Shown: piece after piece, positions 1 to 10,390 of the stretch | How positions within the stretch are numbered: the first letter of the stretch is position 1 | How the letters are laid out: each line of letters begins with the position of its first letter | Assembly (NCBI GenBank): GCA_031409275.1 | Contig: JANNXA010000043.1 | Span: 17,106 to 81,105, forward strand | DNA length: 64,000 nt | Direction of reading: 5' to 3' | Origin: Planctomycetota bacterium | Lineage (GTDB): Bacteria > Planctomycetota > B15-G4 > SIAN01 | The notes under the pieces: generated by a model | The model's input: the letters and a program-made list of their open reading frames with translations, nothing else | Told to the model about the DNA's origin: nothing | Databases searched by the model: none | Made by a program: the position numbers and the translations under genes

Positions 1-617
1 GCGTCCTTCCACGGCACGGCGCCGTTGTTGTAGAGCGCCGCGCCCCACAGCATCGCGCCGTGCGCCATCATCCCGCCGCGCACGCGTTGCACGAGGTCGC
101 CGTGGCAACCCGCCGTGCCGCAGCTCTGCGGCGCCGCGCGCAGGTCGCCGGGATTGACGAAGCGGATCCAGTCGAGCGACTCGTGCAGCGAACCGGTCGC
201 GAGGCGTTCCGGATTCGCAGAGGACAGCACGCCGCCGCGCTGCCAGAGTTCAGGGCGGCCTGGCTGCGGATGAGCCGCTTCCTTCGTCGCCGCCGTCGCG
301 TCACCGCCGTGGCAGTCGACACATCCGAGATGAAGAGCGCCGCTCGCGTGCATGTCGAGGTCGTCGACGAAGGCGGCGGCATCGGTCGTTTCGACGTAGC
401 CCGAGTGGCAGGCGACACAGCCGCTCGACTTCGCGAGCGCGGCCGAGGGGTCCTGGTCGAGCAGGGAGCGCGGCGTCGAGGTGGAGCGCCCGAGATCCGT
501 GGTCGCCTCCGCGGAGCCGTCGCGTTCGTGCGCGCCCGTGCAGGCGTAGGCCAGCAGCGCCAGCGCCGCCGCGATGAATGCGGCGCCGCGGGCACGCCGA
601 TGCGTCCCGAGCTTCAC
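1..617 (-). CDS. Multiheme c-type cytochrome lipoprotein, N-terminal part (runs off window)
   Basis: Not in the ORF track; translated by hand from GTG 617 with GGGAG RBS: MKLGTHRRARGAAFIAAALALLAYAC (lipobox-like), CVACH (405-419), CVDCH (309-323), FVNPGDLR..CGTAGCH (102-122), MMAHGAMLWGAALYNNG. Confidence 0.85.
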   Translation of the reverse strand, partial: MKLGTHRRARGAAFIAAALALLAYACTGAHERDGSAEATTDLGRSTSTPRSLLDQDPSAALAKSSGCVACHSGYVETTDAAAFVDDLDMHASGALHLGCVDCHGGDATAATKEAAHPQPGRPELWQRGGVLSSANPERLATGSLHESLDWIRFVNPGDLRAAPQSCGTAGCHGDLVQRVRGGMMAHGAMLWGAALYNNGAVPWKD

Positions 618-742
618 TACTCCCTGCGACACGATCGTGGGGCTCCCCGGGCGCGCAGCGCGCCACGAGGTCAGCGATCGGCGGCCGGGAAGCCGCGGCT
701 TGAGAAGTTCTTTCCGCTCCGACCGGCCGTCGCGCTGCCGTC

Positions 743-2149
743 CTACGCGACGATCCCCTTCACCACTTCTCCGTGCACATCGGTGAGCCGGAAGTCGCGT
801 CCCTGGTGGCGGTAGGTGAGCCTGGTGTGGTCGAAGCCGAGCTGCTGGAGCAGCGTGGCTTGCAGGTCGTGGACGTGGACCGGGTCCTGGACGGCGTGGT
901 AGGCGAAGTCGTCGCTGGCGCCGTGGACGTGGCCGGCGCGGAAGCCACCGCCCGCCATCCACATCGAGAAGCAGCTCCCGAGGTGGTCGCGTCCGTGGGC
1001 GTCGCGACGGTTGACGTCGCCTTGCACGAAGACGGTGCGGCCGAACTCGCCACCCCACAGGACGATCGTGTCTTCGAGCAGGCCGCGTTGCGCGAGGTCC
1101 TGCACCAGCGCGGCGGAGGGCTGATCGGTGTCGCGGCACTGCACTTCGAGCTGCGTCGCGAGGTTCTGGTGCTGGTCCCAGCCGGCATGCATGAGCTGGA
1201 CGAAACGCACTCCGCGCTCGAGCAGCCGGCGCGCGAGCAGGCAGTTGCGCGCGAAGCTGCCCTGCCGCTGCACGTCGGGGCCGTAGAGATCGAGCACGCT
1301 CTGCGGCTCGCCGCGCAGATCGAGCAGCTCGGGCACGCTCGCCTGCATCCGGAACGCCAGTTCGTACTGGGTGATGCGCGTGTCGATCTCGGGATCGCCG
1401 AACTCCGCGAAGTGCTTGGCGTTCAGCGCGGCCAGATCATCGAGCGTTCCGCGCTTCAGCTCGCGCGGAATGCCCGGCGGATCGCCGAGGTAGAGGACCG
1501 GCTCGCCTTCGGCGCGGAAGCGGACGCCTTGGTGTCGGCTCGGCAGGAAGCCCGAGCCCCAGTAGTGGTCGTAGAAGAGCTGCCCGCAGGTCTTGTCGGC
1601 GTCGGACGAAGTCATCACCACGAACGCCGGCAGATCGCTCGAAAGGCTGCCGAGCCCATAGACCGTCCATGCGCCGAAGCTCGGTCGTCCTGGAATCTGG
1701 CTGCCGGTCATCCACAGGGTGACGCCGGGCGCGTGGTTCACCGCCTCGGTGTGGAGCGAGCGCACGAGGCAGAGCTCGTCGGCGATGGAACCGATGTGGG
1801 GCAGCAGCGTCGAGAGCTCCATGCCGCACTTGCCGTAGCGCTGGAACGGTCGGATCGCCGGCAGGATCGGATAGCGGCCCTGGCCCGACGTCATCGTCGA
1901 GAGACGCGCGCCGGAAAGGATCGACGCGGGCAGTTCGCTTCCACGCAGTGCTTCGAGGCCGGGCTTGGGATCGAAGAGATCGACGTGGGAAGGCGCGCCA
2001 CCTTGCCACAGCACCACCACGCGTTTCGCCTTCGGCGCGAGTTGGGGCGCCGCCTGCGCGAGGCCATCGCGGCCGAGCAGGCCGTGCAGCGCCGCGAGCC
2101 CAAGGCCCGCGCCGCTCTGCTGCAGGAACGCACGGCGCGTCACTCGCAT
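743..2149 (-). CDS. DUF1501 family protein (Tat-exported)
   Basis: C-terminal part of ORF 743..3901; starts MRVTRRAFLQ (twin-Arg); motifs GAPSHVDLFDPKP, GWDQH, WGGEFGRT, GRDH. Confidence 0.93.
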   Translation of the reverse strand: MRVTRRAFLQQSGAGLGLAALHGLLGRDGLAQAAPQLAPKAKRVVVLWQGGAPSHVDLFDPKPGLEALRGSELPASILSGARLSTMTSGQGRYPILPAIRPFQRYGKCGMELSTLLPHIGSIADELCLVRSLHTEAVNHAPGVTLWMTGSQIPGRPSFGAWTVYGLGSLSSDLPAFVVMTSSDADKTCGQLFYDHYWGSGFLPSRHQGVRFRAEGEPVLYLGDPPGIPRELKRGTLDDLAALNAKHFAEFGDPEIDTRITQYELAFRMQASVPELLDLRGEPQSVLDLYGPDVQRQGSFARNCLLARRLLERGVRFVQLMHAGWDQHQNLATQLEVQCRDTDQPSAALVQDLAQRGLLEDTIVLWGGEFGRTVFVQGDVNRRDAHGRDHLGSCFSMWMAGGGFRAGHVHGASDDFAYHAVQDPVHVHDLQATLLQQLGFDHTRLTYRHQGRDFRLTDVHGEVVKGIVA

Positions 2150-5079
2150 GTCATCGCCTCGTCGAGGTTCAGGATCGAGAGGCACGCGATGGCGAGCGCG
2201 GCGTGGTCGACGACATCGAGCGCCGCGTCGCGCGGGCTCGCGCCGACCGACAACAGCTGCAGGGCGGCGCTGGCTCCCGCGCCGCGATCGGCGGTGAAGT
2301 GGTCGCGCGCGCGTTCGACGGTCCGGCGCAGGAGCGCCAGCTCGTCGCGATCGGGCGCGCGCGCGCAGACGCGGCGGAACGCGCTCGCGAGCTGCGCGTC
2401 GAGCCCTTGCTCGCGTTGCAATGCCCATTGCGCCAGCGCGCGCGCCGCTTCGATCCAGGTCGGGTCGTTCTGCATCGTCAGCGCATGGAGTGGCGTCGAC
2501 GTGACCGAGGGTCGCACCTTGCAGGTCTGGCGCGCCGAGGCGTCGAAGAGGTTCCCCGGCGCCACCGTGCGTCGCCAGAAGGTGTAGAGGCTGCGTCGCC
2601 ACAGGTCGGGCCCGCTCGACAGCGGATAGGCGAAGTCGCGCTCCTTCGTGATCGAGAGGCCATCCCAGATCCCTGCCGGCTGATAGGGGTAGACCGGCGC
2701 GCCACCGACGTTGGGCACCAGAAGGTCGCTGGCCGCGAGCGCCACGTCGCGCAGCACCATCGAGCTCAGCCGCTGCCGCGGCCCGCGCGCGAGCAGTCGG
2801 TTCTCCGGATCGCGCTCGCGCAGCTGCGCGCCACGCTCGCCCGCGAGCCGCGAACTCTGGCGGAACGCGGCGCTGCGCACGATCGAGCGGTGCAGCGCTT
2901 TCATGCTCATCGCATGCGTCGTGCGCAGCTCCACGGCCAGCCAGTCGAGCAGCTCCGGGTGGCTTGGTGCCTCGCCCTGCAGGCCGAAGTTCTCGCTCGT
3001 CTTCACCAGCCCGGTCGCGAAGAAGTGCTGCCACGCGCGATTGACCAGCACGCGCGCGAAGAGCGGATTCGTCGGCGCGGTGAGCCATTGCGCGAGGCCG
3101 AGCCGATCGTGCGGCGCGCCCTCGGGCAGCGGCGGCAGGAAGGCGGGCGGTGCCGGCTCGACCGTCTCGAGCGGCGTCTCGTAGTTGCCGCGTGCCAGTC
3201 GGTGCGTCGCGCGCGGCTCGCCATCGGACATCACCATCACGCGCGGGAGCTGCGCCTGCAGCGTTTCGAGCGCGGTGCGCGCCGCGGACTGCTGCGCCAG
3301 CGCGGCGGCGAGTGGCGCAGGCGGCGTGAACTCGGCCAGCGCGCCGGCGGGGCTCGCGTCGAACCAGAAGCCGCCGGGTCCGCCGCCATTCACGATCTGC
3401 ATCAGCAACTCGTGGTCGCCGGTAGCGAGCGACACCTCGGCGCGCTCCTGATCGGGCGCGGCGCCGCGCATCACCCGCCGCTCGAGCAGCAGCGCTCCAT
3501 CGAGCCAGACGCGCAGCGCATCGTCGCTGCCGAAGCGCAACGTCACGTTGAGCGGCGCGGTGGTGCGCAGCGTGCGACGGAAGAAGAACGCCGTGTTCTC
3601 GCCGGCGAGCGGATGGACGACGCCGTCCGCAAGGTCGGGTCGCTCGGTCCAACTCGCGACGTTTGCGACGGGGAGCGCGTCGGCTGCATCGAAGCTCGCC
3701 GCTGTCAGCGGTGCCGCCGCCTCCCAAGGCGATCGTTCCAGTCGCGCCATGGCCGCGTCGCGCTCTCTCTCGAAGTCGCGTTTCGCCGCGACCACGGCCG
3801 GATCGGCGAGCGCCGCGGCCGCGGCTGCATCGGCTGCGAGCGCCGCCTGCTCGAGCGCGAGGCGCTGCTGGTTCTGCTCGTTCGTGCCGGCGTAGATCCA
3901 CGGATCGGCGATGCGGTACTGCCCGCTACCGCTCGGCACGCCGCTCTCCGGCACCCGGTTCCAGAAGGTGAAGAGCGAGTAGTAGTCGCGCTGCGTGAGC
4001 GGGTCGTACTTGTGGTCGTGGCACTGCGCGCAGGCGGCGGTGAGGCCGAGGAACGTCGTTGCGAAGACGTCGACGCGATCGAAGACGAGGACGTTCCTCT
4101 GCTCCTCGGCGATGGCGCCGCCCTCGCCGTTCAACAAGGCGCAACGCTGCAGGCCGCTCGCCACTTGCTGTTCGATGCGCTGCAGTGGATCGGGCGCCGG
4201 CAGCAGGTCACCTGCGATCAGCCGCGTTGCGAGCACGTCTTGCGGCAGGTCGTCGTTGAGCGCGCGCACCATCCAATCGCGCCAGACCCACTGGAAGGTG
4301 TCGCCGTCCTGCTGGTAGCCGTTGCTGTCGGCGTAGCGCGCGGCGTCGAGCCACGGCAGCACCATCCGCTCGCCGTAGTGGGGGCTCGCGAGAAGCCGGT
4401 CGACCGCGCGGTCGTAGGCATCGGGCCGGGGCCGCTCGCGCGGCTCCGCCGCCGACTCGGCGACGAACGCATCGATCTCCGCGAGGGTGGGCGGCAGTCC
4501 GGTGAGCGCGAGCGTCGCGCGCCGCAGCAGCGTGATCGGCGCCGCCTCCGCCGACGGCGCCAGCCCTTCCTGCTCGAGTCGCGCCAGCACGAAGCGATCG
4601 AGCGGCTCGCGACACCATGCCGCGTCGCGCACCTCGGGCAACGGCGCGGCGCGCGGCGCTTCCCATGCCCAATGGCCGGCCCACTTCGCGCCCTGCTCGA
4701 TCCAGCGGATCAGCGTCGCCCGCTCGGCCTCGCTCAACTCCTTGCCCGAACTCGCCGGCGGCATCCGCTTGCGCGGGTTCACTTCGGTGATGCGCGCGAC
4801 GAGTTCGCTGGCATCGATGTCGCCGGGCACGATCGCCACGTTCCCCGACTTCGCTGCTGCGAACGCTGCCGCGCGAACGTCGAGCCGCAGCCCCGCCTTG
4901 CGCGCCGCCTCGTCGGGCCCATGGCACTTGAAGCAGCGATCGGACAGCAGCGGCTGCACGTCGCGAGCGAAGTCGACGGGGAGGTCGGCGACACCGTTCC
5001 CGACCGCGTCGCCGCGCGGCGCGATGGAGCTGGCAACCACGATCAGCAGCGACACGACCATCGCGCAGAGCGTAGCCAC
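2140..5079 (-). CDS. Planctomycete cytochrome c + DUF1549/DUF1553 (PSD1-type) protein with PA14-like insert
   Basis: VDFARDVQPLLSDRCFKCHGPD, WLDAARYADSNG, CAQCHDHKYDP, PSHPELLDWLA, RRSLYTFWRRT; overlaps the DUF1501 start. Confidence 0.93.
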   Translation of the reverse strand: MATLCAMVVSLLIVVASSIAPRGDAVGNGVADLPVDFARDVQPLLSDRCFKCHGPDEAARKAGLRLDVRAAAFAAAKSGNVAIVPGDIDASELVARITEVNPRKRMPPASSGKELSEAERATLIRWIEQGAKWAGHWAWEAPRAAPLPEVRDAAWCREPLDRFVLARLEQEGLAPSAEAAPITLLRRATLALTGLPPTLAEIDAFVAESAAEPRERPRPDAYDRAVDRLLASPHYGERMVLPWLDAARYADSNGYQQDGDTFQWVWRDWMVRALNDDLPQDVLATRLIAGDLLPAPDPLQRIEQQVASGLQRCALLNGEGGAIAEEQRNVLVFDRVDVFATTFLGLTAACAQCHDHKYDPLTQRDYYSLFTFWNRVPESGVPSGSGQYRIADPWIYAGTNEQNQQRLALEQAALAADAAAAAALADPAVVAAKRDFERERDAAMARLERSPWEAAAPLTAASFDAADALPVANVASWTERPDLADGVVHPLAGENTAFFFRRTLRTTAPLNVTLRFGSDDALRVWLDGALLLERRVMRGAAPDQERAEVSLATGDHELLMQIVNGGGPGGFWFDASPAGALAEFTPPAPLAAALAQQSAARTALETLQAQLPRVMVMSDGEPRATHRLARGNYETPLETVEPAPPAFLPPLPEGAPHDRLGLAQWLTAPTNPLFARVLVNRAWQHFFATGLVKTSENFGLQGEAPSHPELLDWLAVELRTTHAMSMKALHRSIVRSAAFRQSSRLAGERGAQLRERDPENRLLARGPRQRLSSMVLRDVALAASDLLVPNVGGAPVYPYQPAGIWDGLSITKERDFAYPLSSGPDLWRRSLYTFWRRTVAPGNLFDASARQTCKVRPSVTSTPLHALTMQNDPTWIEAARALAQWALQREQGLDAQLASAFRRVCARAPDRDELALLRRTVERARDHFTADRGAGASAALQLLSVGASPRDAALDVVDHAALAIACLSILNLDEAMTCE

Positions 5080-5113
5080 CGACCCGGAACGGGGCGTGCC
5101 GCCGCGCGCCCCC

Positions 5114-6877
5114 TCACCAGGTCAACGTCACCCCGACGAAGCCGGCGTAGAGCGTCTGCCCGCCGCCGAAGAGGTCGCGCGCCCCTTCGCCGGGGAGGAG
5201 CCACGCGCTGCCGGCGGTCACGATCACGTTGTCGGTGAGCCACGGTCGCCACGTCGCGCCGATCGAGAGGTCGAGGCCGATGGTGGGGGCGATCTGGTCG
5301 TCGTTCAACGCCAGCTCGAGCGGAGCGGTCCGATCGAAGCGCAGCCAGCTGGCGTTCAGTTCGACCTTGAGTTCCTGCGTCAGCTTCGCGTCGAGGCCGG
5401 CGTTCACGATCAGCAGGCCGGGGTTCACGTGGTTGGCGGCGTCGTGCAGCTTCGAGGTGCGCAGGTGGGGGAGCAGCGAGGCGCGGTCGACCAGCGTGAC
5501 GGGAGTTCCCGTCAGCGCGATGCCCTGCCGGTTCCAGAAGGAGAAGGGCCCGCCGACGAAGTTCACCTGATCGAAGATCGAATCGAAGCCGCGCGCGACG
5601 GAGTCGGTCGGATCGTCGTCGCCGCTCGCCCAGAAGAGCGAGCCCTTCGGCCGCAGCCAGTCGAAGTCGCGCGACAGTTCGAGCGCCGCCATCTGCGCGT
5701 TCACGCGCGTGCGCCGTCCCGCCAGCGGGTTCAGCGTGTCGCGGCCGACGACCTCGTAGAGCGCGTGGCTGACGTTCAGCCAGCCGACGTGCCCTTCGCT
5801 GGTCCAGCCCATGTAGACGGTGTCGAGTTCGTGGTCGGCCGCGCTGCCCAGTCGCGTCGGCCGCGCCGGGAAGCCGTTGTCGTCGCGGAACGCGCCGCCG
5901 CGATCCTGGTTCCAGTGCAGCGACGCCTGATGCGTCCAGCCGGGCGCGAAGCAGTCCTGCACGTACCAATTCGCCACCAGCACGCGCTGCTCGCGCAGGT
6001 CGGTGAAGTCGACCAGTCCGCTGTTGGTGTCCTTCTCGGCCAGCGCGAACCAGGCGAGGTTCCACTGGTCGCGGTTGCTGCGCCGGCTGCCGAAGAGGCG
6101 CACGCCCGGCTCGAAGTCATTGAAGATGAAGCCGCGGAAGTCGCTGAGGAACGGCTGCAACCCGGTTCGGGAGGAGATGAAGTCGTAGTGAGGCGAGGTG
6201 TCGGCGAGGTGGATCTCGACGAACGCCTCCTGCAGCGCGAAGAAGCGATCGGAGCGCGTGTCGCCTTCGCGCGGATCGATCGCGGTGGCGTTCTTCTCCT
6301 GCAGGCGCAGCTCGTTGCGCTGGAAGACGGGAGTGAGGCGCAGCTCGAAGTCGCGCGGGCGGTAGGCGGCGTCGCCGTGGAAGAGTTCGAACGAGAGCAG
6401 CAGCGTCTCGCTGGCGAAGAACTGCTCGCCGCTCCCGAAGAAGGTGTCGCTGCCGGGAGTGGCGGTCGACACGCCGCTTGGCGTCGGCAGGCGCCGCCGC
6501 TCGACGAGCGTGTCGCTGGTGGCGGTCAACGCGAGGAACCACTCCTGGCCGACGATCGGCAGGTCGCCCTTCAACACGTTGCGGCGGTAGGGATTCCACC
6601 ACTGGTCGGCGACGTAGGGGTACTCCTCGTTCCCGACGTCGTAAGGCGAGCCGGCCGCGTAGCGCGCCCACTCGTCGAAGTCGATGCGCCAACGATCGGG
6701 CAGCGGCAACACGTCCACCGTCGGCACGGGCGAGGGCGGCTGCGGCGGCTCCTGCGCGAGCGCTCGCGCGGGCGCGGGCGTGGCGAGGCCGATCGCCATG
6801 AAGGCGAGCGGCAGCGTGACTCGTCGCGCGATTCGCCCTGACACTCCCAAGTTGCTCCGCGTCGCACGGCGCCTCAT
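5114..6877 (-). CDS. Putative outer-membrane beta-barrel protein
   Basis: Signal peptide (..ARALAQ), amphipathic strands, C-terminal YAGFVGVTLTW with terminal aromatic; start codon approximate. Confidence 0.7.
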   Translation of the reverse strand: MRRRATRSNLGVSGRIARRVTLPLAFMAIGLATPAPARALAQEPPQPPSPVPTVDVLPLPDRWRIDFDEWARYAAGSPYDVGNEEYPYVADQWWNPYRRNVLKGDLPIVGQEWFLALTATSDTLVERRRLPTPSGVSTATPGSDTFFGSGEQFFASETLLLSFELFHGDAAYRPRDFELRLTPVFQRNELRLQEKNATAIDPREGDTRSDRFFALQEAFVEIHLADTSPHYDFISSRTGLQPFLSDFRGFIFNDFEPGVRLFGSRRSNRDQWNLAWFALAEKDTNSGLVDFTDLREQRVLVANWYVQDCFAPGWTHQASLHWNQDRGGAFRDDNGFPARPTRLGSAADHELDTVYMGWTSEGHVGWLNVSHALYEVVGRDTLNPLAGRRTRVNAQMAALELSRDFDWLRPKGSLFWASGDDDPTDSVARGFDSIFDQVNFVGGPFSFWNRQGIALTGTPVTLVDRASLLPHLRTSKLHDAANHVNPGLLIVNAGLDAKLTQELKVELNASWLRFDRTAPLELALNDDQIAPTIGLDLSIGATWRPWLTDNVIVTAGSAWLLPGEGARDLFGGGQTLYAGFVGVTLTW

Positions 6878-6949
6878 CCCGCGGGCGCCTCCGTGCCGAC
6901 GAGAGGGGATCGGCAGAAAAGGGTTCCCATCCGCAGCGGAGATCCAGAG

Positions 6950-8581
6950 GTGAGTGAGCCGCTCGCAGCAACCGCTCGCACCGCGGCAGCGTCGGCGTTG
7001 CTGGCCGCGCTGTCGCTGCTGATTCCGTCGAGCTGCAGCGGCGGCAGCGATTACGGCGCCGCGGGCGGCAGCGTCTCGACGCCGCTGGTGCCGCTGACGC
7101 AAGCCGAGGTCGAGCAGGTCGTCGCGCAGGCGGTGACGCAAGCGGTGGCGCGCGGCGTCGTCGTGACGGTGGCCGTCAGCGATCGCGAAGGCGACGTGCT
7201 GGCGCTGTTCCGCATGAGCGGCTCGACCGCCGACGAGGACGACGCCGTCTCCGCTGCCGGCACCGCCGCCTACTTCGCCAGCAATCAGAACGCGTTCACC
7301 ACGCGCACCGCCGAGTTCATCATCCAGGACCATTTCCCGCCGACGACGAAGCAGACGCCGGGCGGGCCGCTCTACGGCGTGCAATTCAGCAATCGAGTCG
7401 CCACCGACGAGCCGGGCGGCCTGCTGCTCACCACCGATGGCCAGCCGATCGGCCGCGATGCGCTCGCCAACGCGGTTGGCGAAGGGATCACCGGTTTGAC
7501 CGTCGCGGGCGGCGGCGGCGGCGTTCCGCTCTACAAGTCGGGCGCAGCGGCGGGCGGCATCGGCGTGGTCGGGGATGGCGTTGCGCCCGATGAGCTCGAG
7601 CGGATCGCAGTCGCTGGCAGCGCTGGCTTCGCGGCGCCCGCTTCGATTCGCGGCTCGCAGATCGTGATCGACGGGATCCGGCTGCCCTTCACCGAGACGA
7701 CACCGGTCGAAGATGGTTCGACGCTCGCCTTCGCCTCGTTGCCCGGTGCGGTCGAGTCAGGCTTGGCGCCGCGCGCGAGCCCGATGCCCGCCCTCTTCCC
7801 GAGCGCGACGTTCGGTGGCGCGACGTGCGAGCTGCGCCTGCCGATCATCGACAGCCCGCTCGGCGATCCGGTGCAGCTCGAAGCGGCGGAAGTCAGCGCG
7901 ATCCTCGCCGCCGCGGTCGCCCGTTCGCAGCGCACGCGCGCCGCGATCCGCCGTCCGCTCGGCACCGCGATGCAGTGCTTCATCGTCGTCGTCGATCGCG
8001 CCGGCAACGTGGTTGGCGCGTTGCGGACGCCCGATGCGACGCTCTTCAGCTTCGACGTCGCGATCCAGAAGGCGCGCAGCGCGGCCTTCTTCAGCGACGA
8101 CGACCACGGCTACACGACCCGCGCGCTCGGCTTCCTTGCGCAGGGGCTCTTCCCGCCGGGAATCGACGGCACGAGCGCCGGTGCGCTGAACGGATTGCAG
8201 GCAGCGCTCACGGCGTCGGGCGAGACGGCGGCCGGCGCGCTCGCGAACGGCCTGACCGTCTTCCCAGGCGGCGTGCCGCTCTACGAAGCGGGAGTAAGAG
8301 TCGGGGCGATCGGAGTCTCCGGCGACGGGGTCGATCAAGACGACCGGGTCGCCGACAGCGGCGCGAATGCCGGCTTCGCCGCGACTCGTCGCGTGCGCTG
8401 CGACTTCCTGACCGAGTCCGAGGCGCTGGCGGGACTCGATGCCGCGCTGGCGCGTCTCGACGGCGTCAGTAGCGACGCGACCTTGCGCGCGCAGATCGCG
8501 AGTTGCCGAGCGCGCCTGCAGGACGGGCTCGACGGACTGCGCCTGCCGTGGGTGAAGCTCCCTCGCAACGGCGATCGCTGA
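6950..8581 (+). CDS. GlcG/HbpS-like heme-binding lipoprotein, two tandem domains
   Basis: Lipobox-like SSC; repeated VxVxDRxG and GGVPLY..G...G.IGV.GDG motifs; GTG 6950 start inferred. Confidence 0.8.
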   Translation: MSEPLAATARTAAASALLAALSLLIPSSCSGGSDYGAAGGSVSTPLVPLTQAEVEQVVAQAVTQAVARGVVVTVAVSDREGDVLALFRMSGSTADEDDAVSAAGTAAYFASNQNAFTTRTAEFIIQDHFPPTTKQTPGGPLYGVQFSNRVATDEPGGLLLTTDGQPIGRDALANAVGEGITGLTVAGGGGGVPLYKSGAAAGGIGVVGDGVAPDELERIAVAGSAGFAAPASIRGSQIVIDGIRLPFTETTPVEDGSTLAFASLPGAVESGLAPRASPMPALFPSATFGGATCELRLPIIDSPLGDPVQLEAAEVSAILAAAVARSQRTRAAIRRPLGTAMQCFIVVVDRAGNVVGALRTPDATLFSFDVAIQKARSAAFFSDDDHGYTTRALGFLAQGLFPPGIDGTSAGALNGLQAALTASGETAAGALANGLTVFPGGVPLYEAGVRVGAIGVSGDGVDQDDRVADSGANAGFAATRRVRCDFLTESEALAGLDAALARLDGVSSDATLRAQIASCRARLQDGLDGLRLPWVKLPRNGDR

Positions 8582-8647
8582 GCGCCACCGATCGAACGCT
8601 CGCGGCGCGCGCCCGCCGCGAGGCGAACGCGCGCCGTCGCGAGAACG

Positions 8648-10243
8648 TCACTGCGTGACGAAGCTCAAGCGGATCTCGTCGATCCCCTGCGTGAAGTCGG
8701 CGCCGACCCCGGTGCGGACGCTGCGGATCTGGATCTGGCCCGCGCCCGAAACGTAGGGCGAGACACCCGCCGCGGGGCCGGTGAAGAGGCGCTGCGTGTC
8801 GCTGGTGAGCCACGCGACGTTCGCGAGCGTGTCCCACGTGTTGGTCGTGAAGTCGAAGGCCTGCAGCGTGACCGAGGCGTTCGCGCTGAGTTGCGTCTCG
8901 TAGATCAACTCGACCTGGACGAGCGTGCCGGTGAGGCTCGTGTTGAACGTGGCGTACCAGTCGAGGACGGGCGCGCCGGTCGCCGAGCTGCTCTGCAGGC
9001 TGAGGCGCGTGTCGTCGCTGGAGTTGACGTCGGCGATGGAGCCGCCGACCGACGAGCCGCTCATCACCGTGATGGTGGCGGGCCAGAAGTGGCTCTTGTT
9101 GACGCCGCCCCCCTGGTTCTTCAGCGCGTTCTCGGCGTTGACGCGGCCGTTGCTGACGAAGGTGCCGACGTTGTCGCCGGTGAACTGGAGGCGCTCGCGC
9201 ACTTCGGTCGCGGTGGCGTAGGGGCCGACGTGGCTGCGGATCAGGCCGGCGAGTCCGGCGACGTGCGGGCAGGCCATCGAGGTGCCCGAGAGCGTCGCGT
9301 AGGTATTGCCGTCGTAGCTGCTGTAGACGTTGACGCCCGGCGCCGCGACATCGACCCAGGTGCCGTAGGTCGAGAAGCTCGCGCGCGCATCGTTGCTGTC
9401 GGTCGCCGCCACCGCGATGCAGTTGCCGTAGGCAGCGGGATAGAACTTCGTCTGGTTGCCGTTGTTGCCGGCGGCCGCGACGACGACCACGCCCTTGCCC
9501 CAGGCGTAGTTCACGGCGGATTCGAGGGTCGTCGACTTGCTGCTGCCGCCGAGGCTCATCGAGATCACGTGAGCGCCGTGGTCGGCCGCCCAGTTGATGC
9601 CCGCCGCGATGTCGGAGTTGCTGCCGCTTCCCGCCGCGCTGAGCACCTTGATCGGCATCAGCGAGCAGTTCGAGGCGACGCCTGCGATGCCGAGCGAGTT
9701 GTCGGTGATCGCGGCGGCGATGCCGGCGCAGTGACTGCCGTGGCCGTTGTTGTCGTCGGCGTCGGTGTCGTTGCTGACGAAGTCGTAGCCGGCGACCAGT
9801 TTCGCGGCGAGATCGGTGTGGTTCTTGTCGATGCCCGTGTCGACGATGGCGATGACGACGCTCGCGTCACCCTTCTGCATGTCCCACGCCTGCTCGCAAC
9901 GGATCTTGGTGGGTCCGTACTGCGACGCCCAGCTGGTGTCGTTGGGGACGTGGATCGCGTGCGCGATGAAGTTCGGCTCGGCGAAGAGGACCTCGGGCAG
10001 CCGCGAATAGAACTCGACGGCCTGCTCGGGCGTGACCCCGGCCGGCAGCTTCACCAAGGTGACGCCGATCGCCGCGAGCTCCTCGATCGGCGTGGCGCCG
10101 AGTCGCGCGTGCGCCGCAGCAGCGGCGCGCACGTCGCGGAACTTGACCAGCACCTCGTCCGGAACTCGTTCGACCGCGCCTTGCGCGAAGGCGCCACCGA
10201 CCAGCAGCGCGAAGCCGAGCGTGAGGAGGAGCGGTCGCTTCAT
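8648..10243 (-). CDS. Secreted S8 subtilase (thermitase-like) with propeptide and C-terminal beta domain
   Basis: Catalytic motifs IAIVDTG, GHGSHCAG, AAAGN, SGTSMACPHVAG; signal peptide. Confidence 0.95.
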   Translation of the reverse strand: MKRPLLLTLGFALLVGGAFAQGAVERVPDEVLVKFRDVRAAAAAHARLGATPIEELAAIGVTLVKLPAGVTPEQAVEFYSRLPEVLFAEPNFIAHAIHVPNDTSWASQYGPTKIRCEQAWDMQKGDASVVIAIVDTGIDKNHTDLAAKLVAGYDFVSNDTDADDNNGHGSHCAGIAAAITDNSLGIAGVASNCSLMPIKVLSAAGSGSNSDIAAGINWAADHGAHVISMSLGGSSKSTTLESAVNYAWGKGVVVVAAAGNNGNQTKFYPAAYGNCIAVAATDSNDARASFSTYGTWVDVAAPGVNVYSSYDGNTYATLSGTSMACPHVAGLAGLIRSHVGPYATATEVRERLQFTGDNVGTFVSNGRVNAENALKNQGGGVNKSHFWPATITVMSGSSVGGSIADVNSSDDTRLSLQSSSATGAPVLDWYATFNTSLTGTLVQVELIYETQLSANASVTLQAFDFTTNTWDTLANVAWLTSDTQRLFTGPAAGVSPYVSGAGQIQIRSVRTGVGADFTQGIDEIRLSFVTQ

Positions 10244-10390
10244 ACGGGAATGTCCTTATATGGGTGCGCGTCGCCGCCAGCGGCGCCATTGCTTTGGCCA
10301 TCTCGCGAGGCGAGACGATCGAGCGAATCGTGGCCGCTGTCAAGGAGTTGCATGTGCCCGGTCGCCGCGGCCGCCAGAATGACGTGCCGA

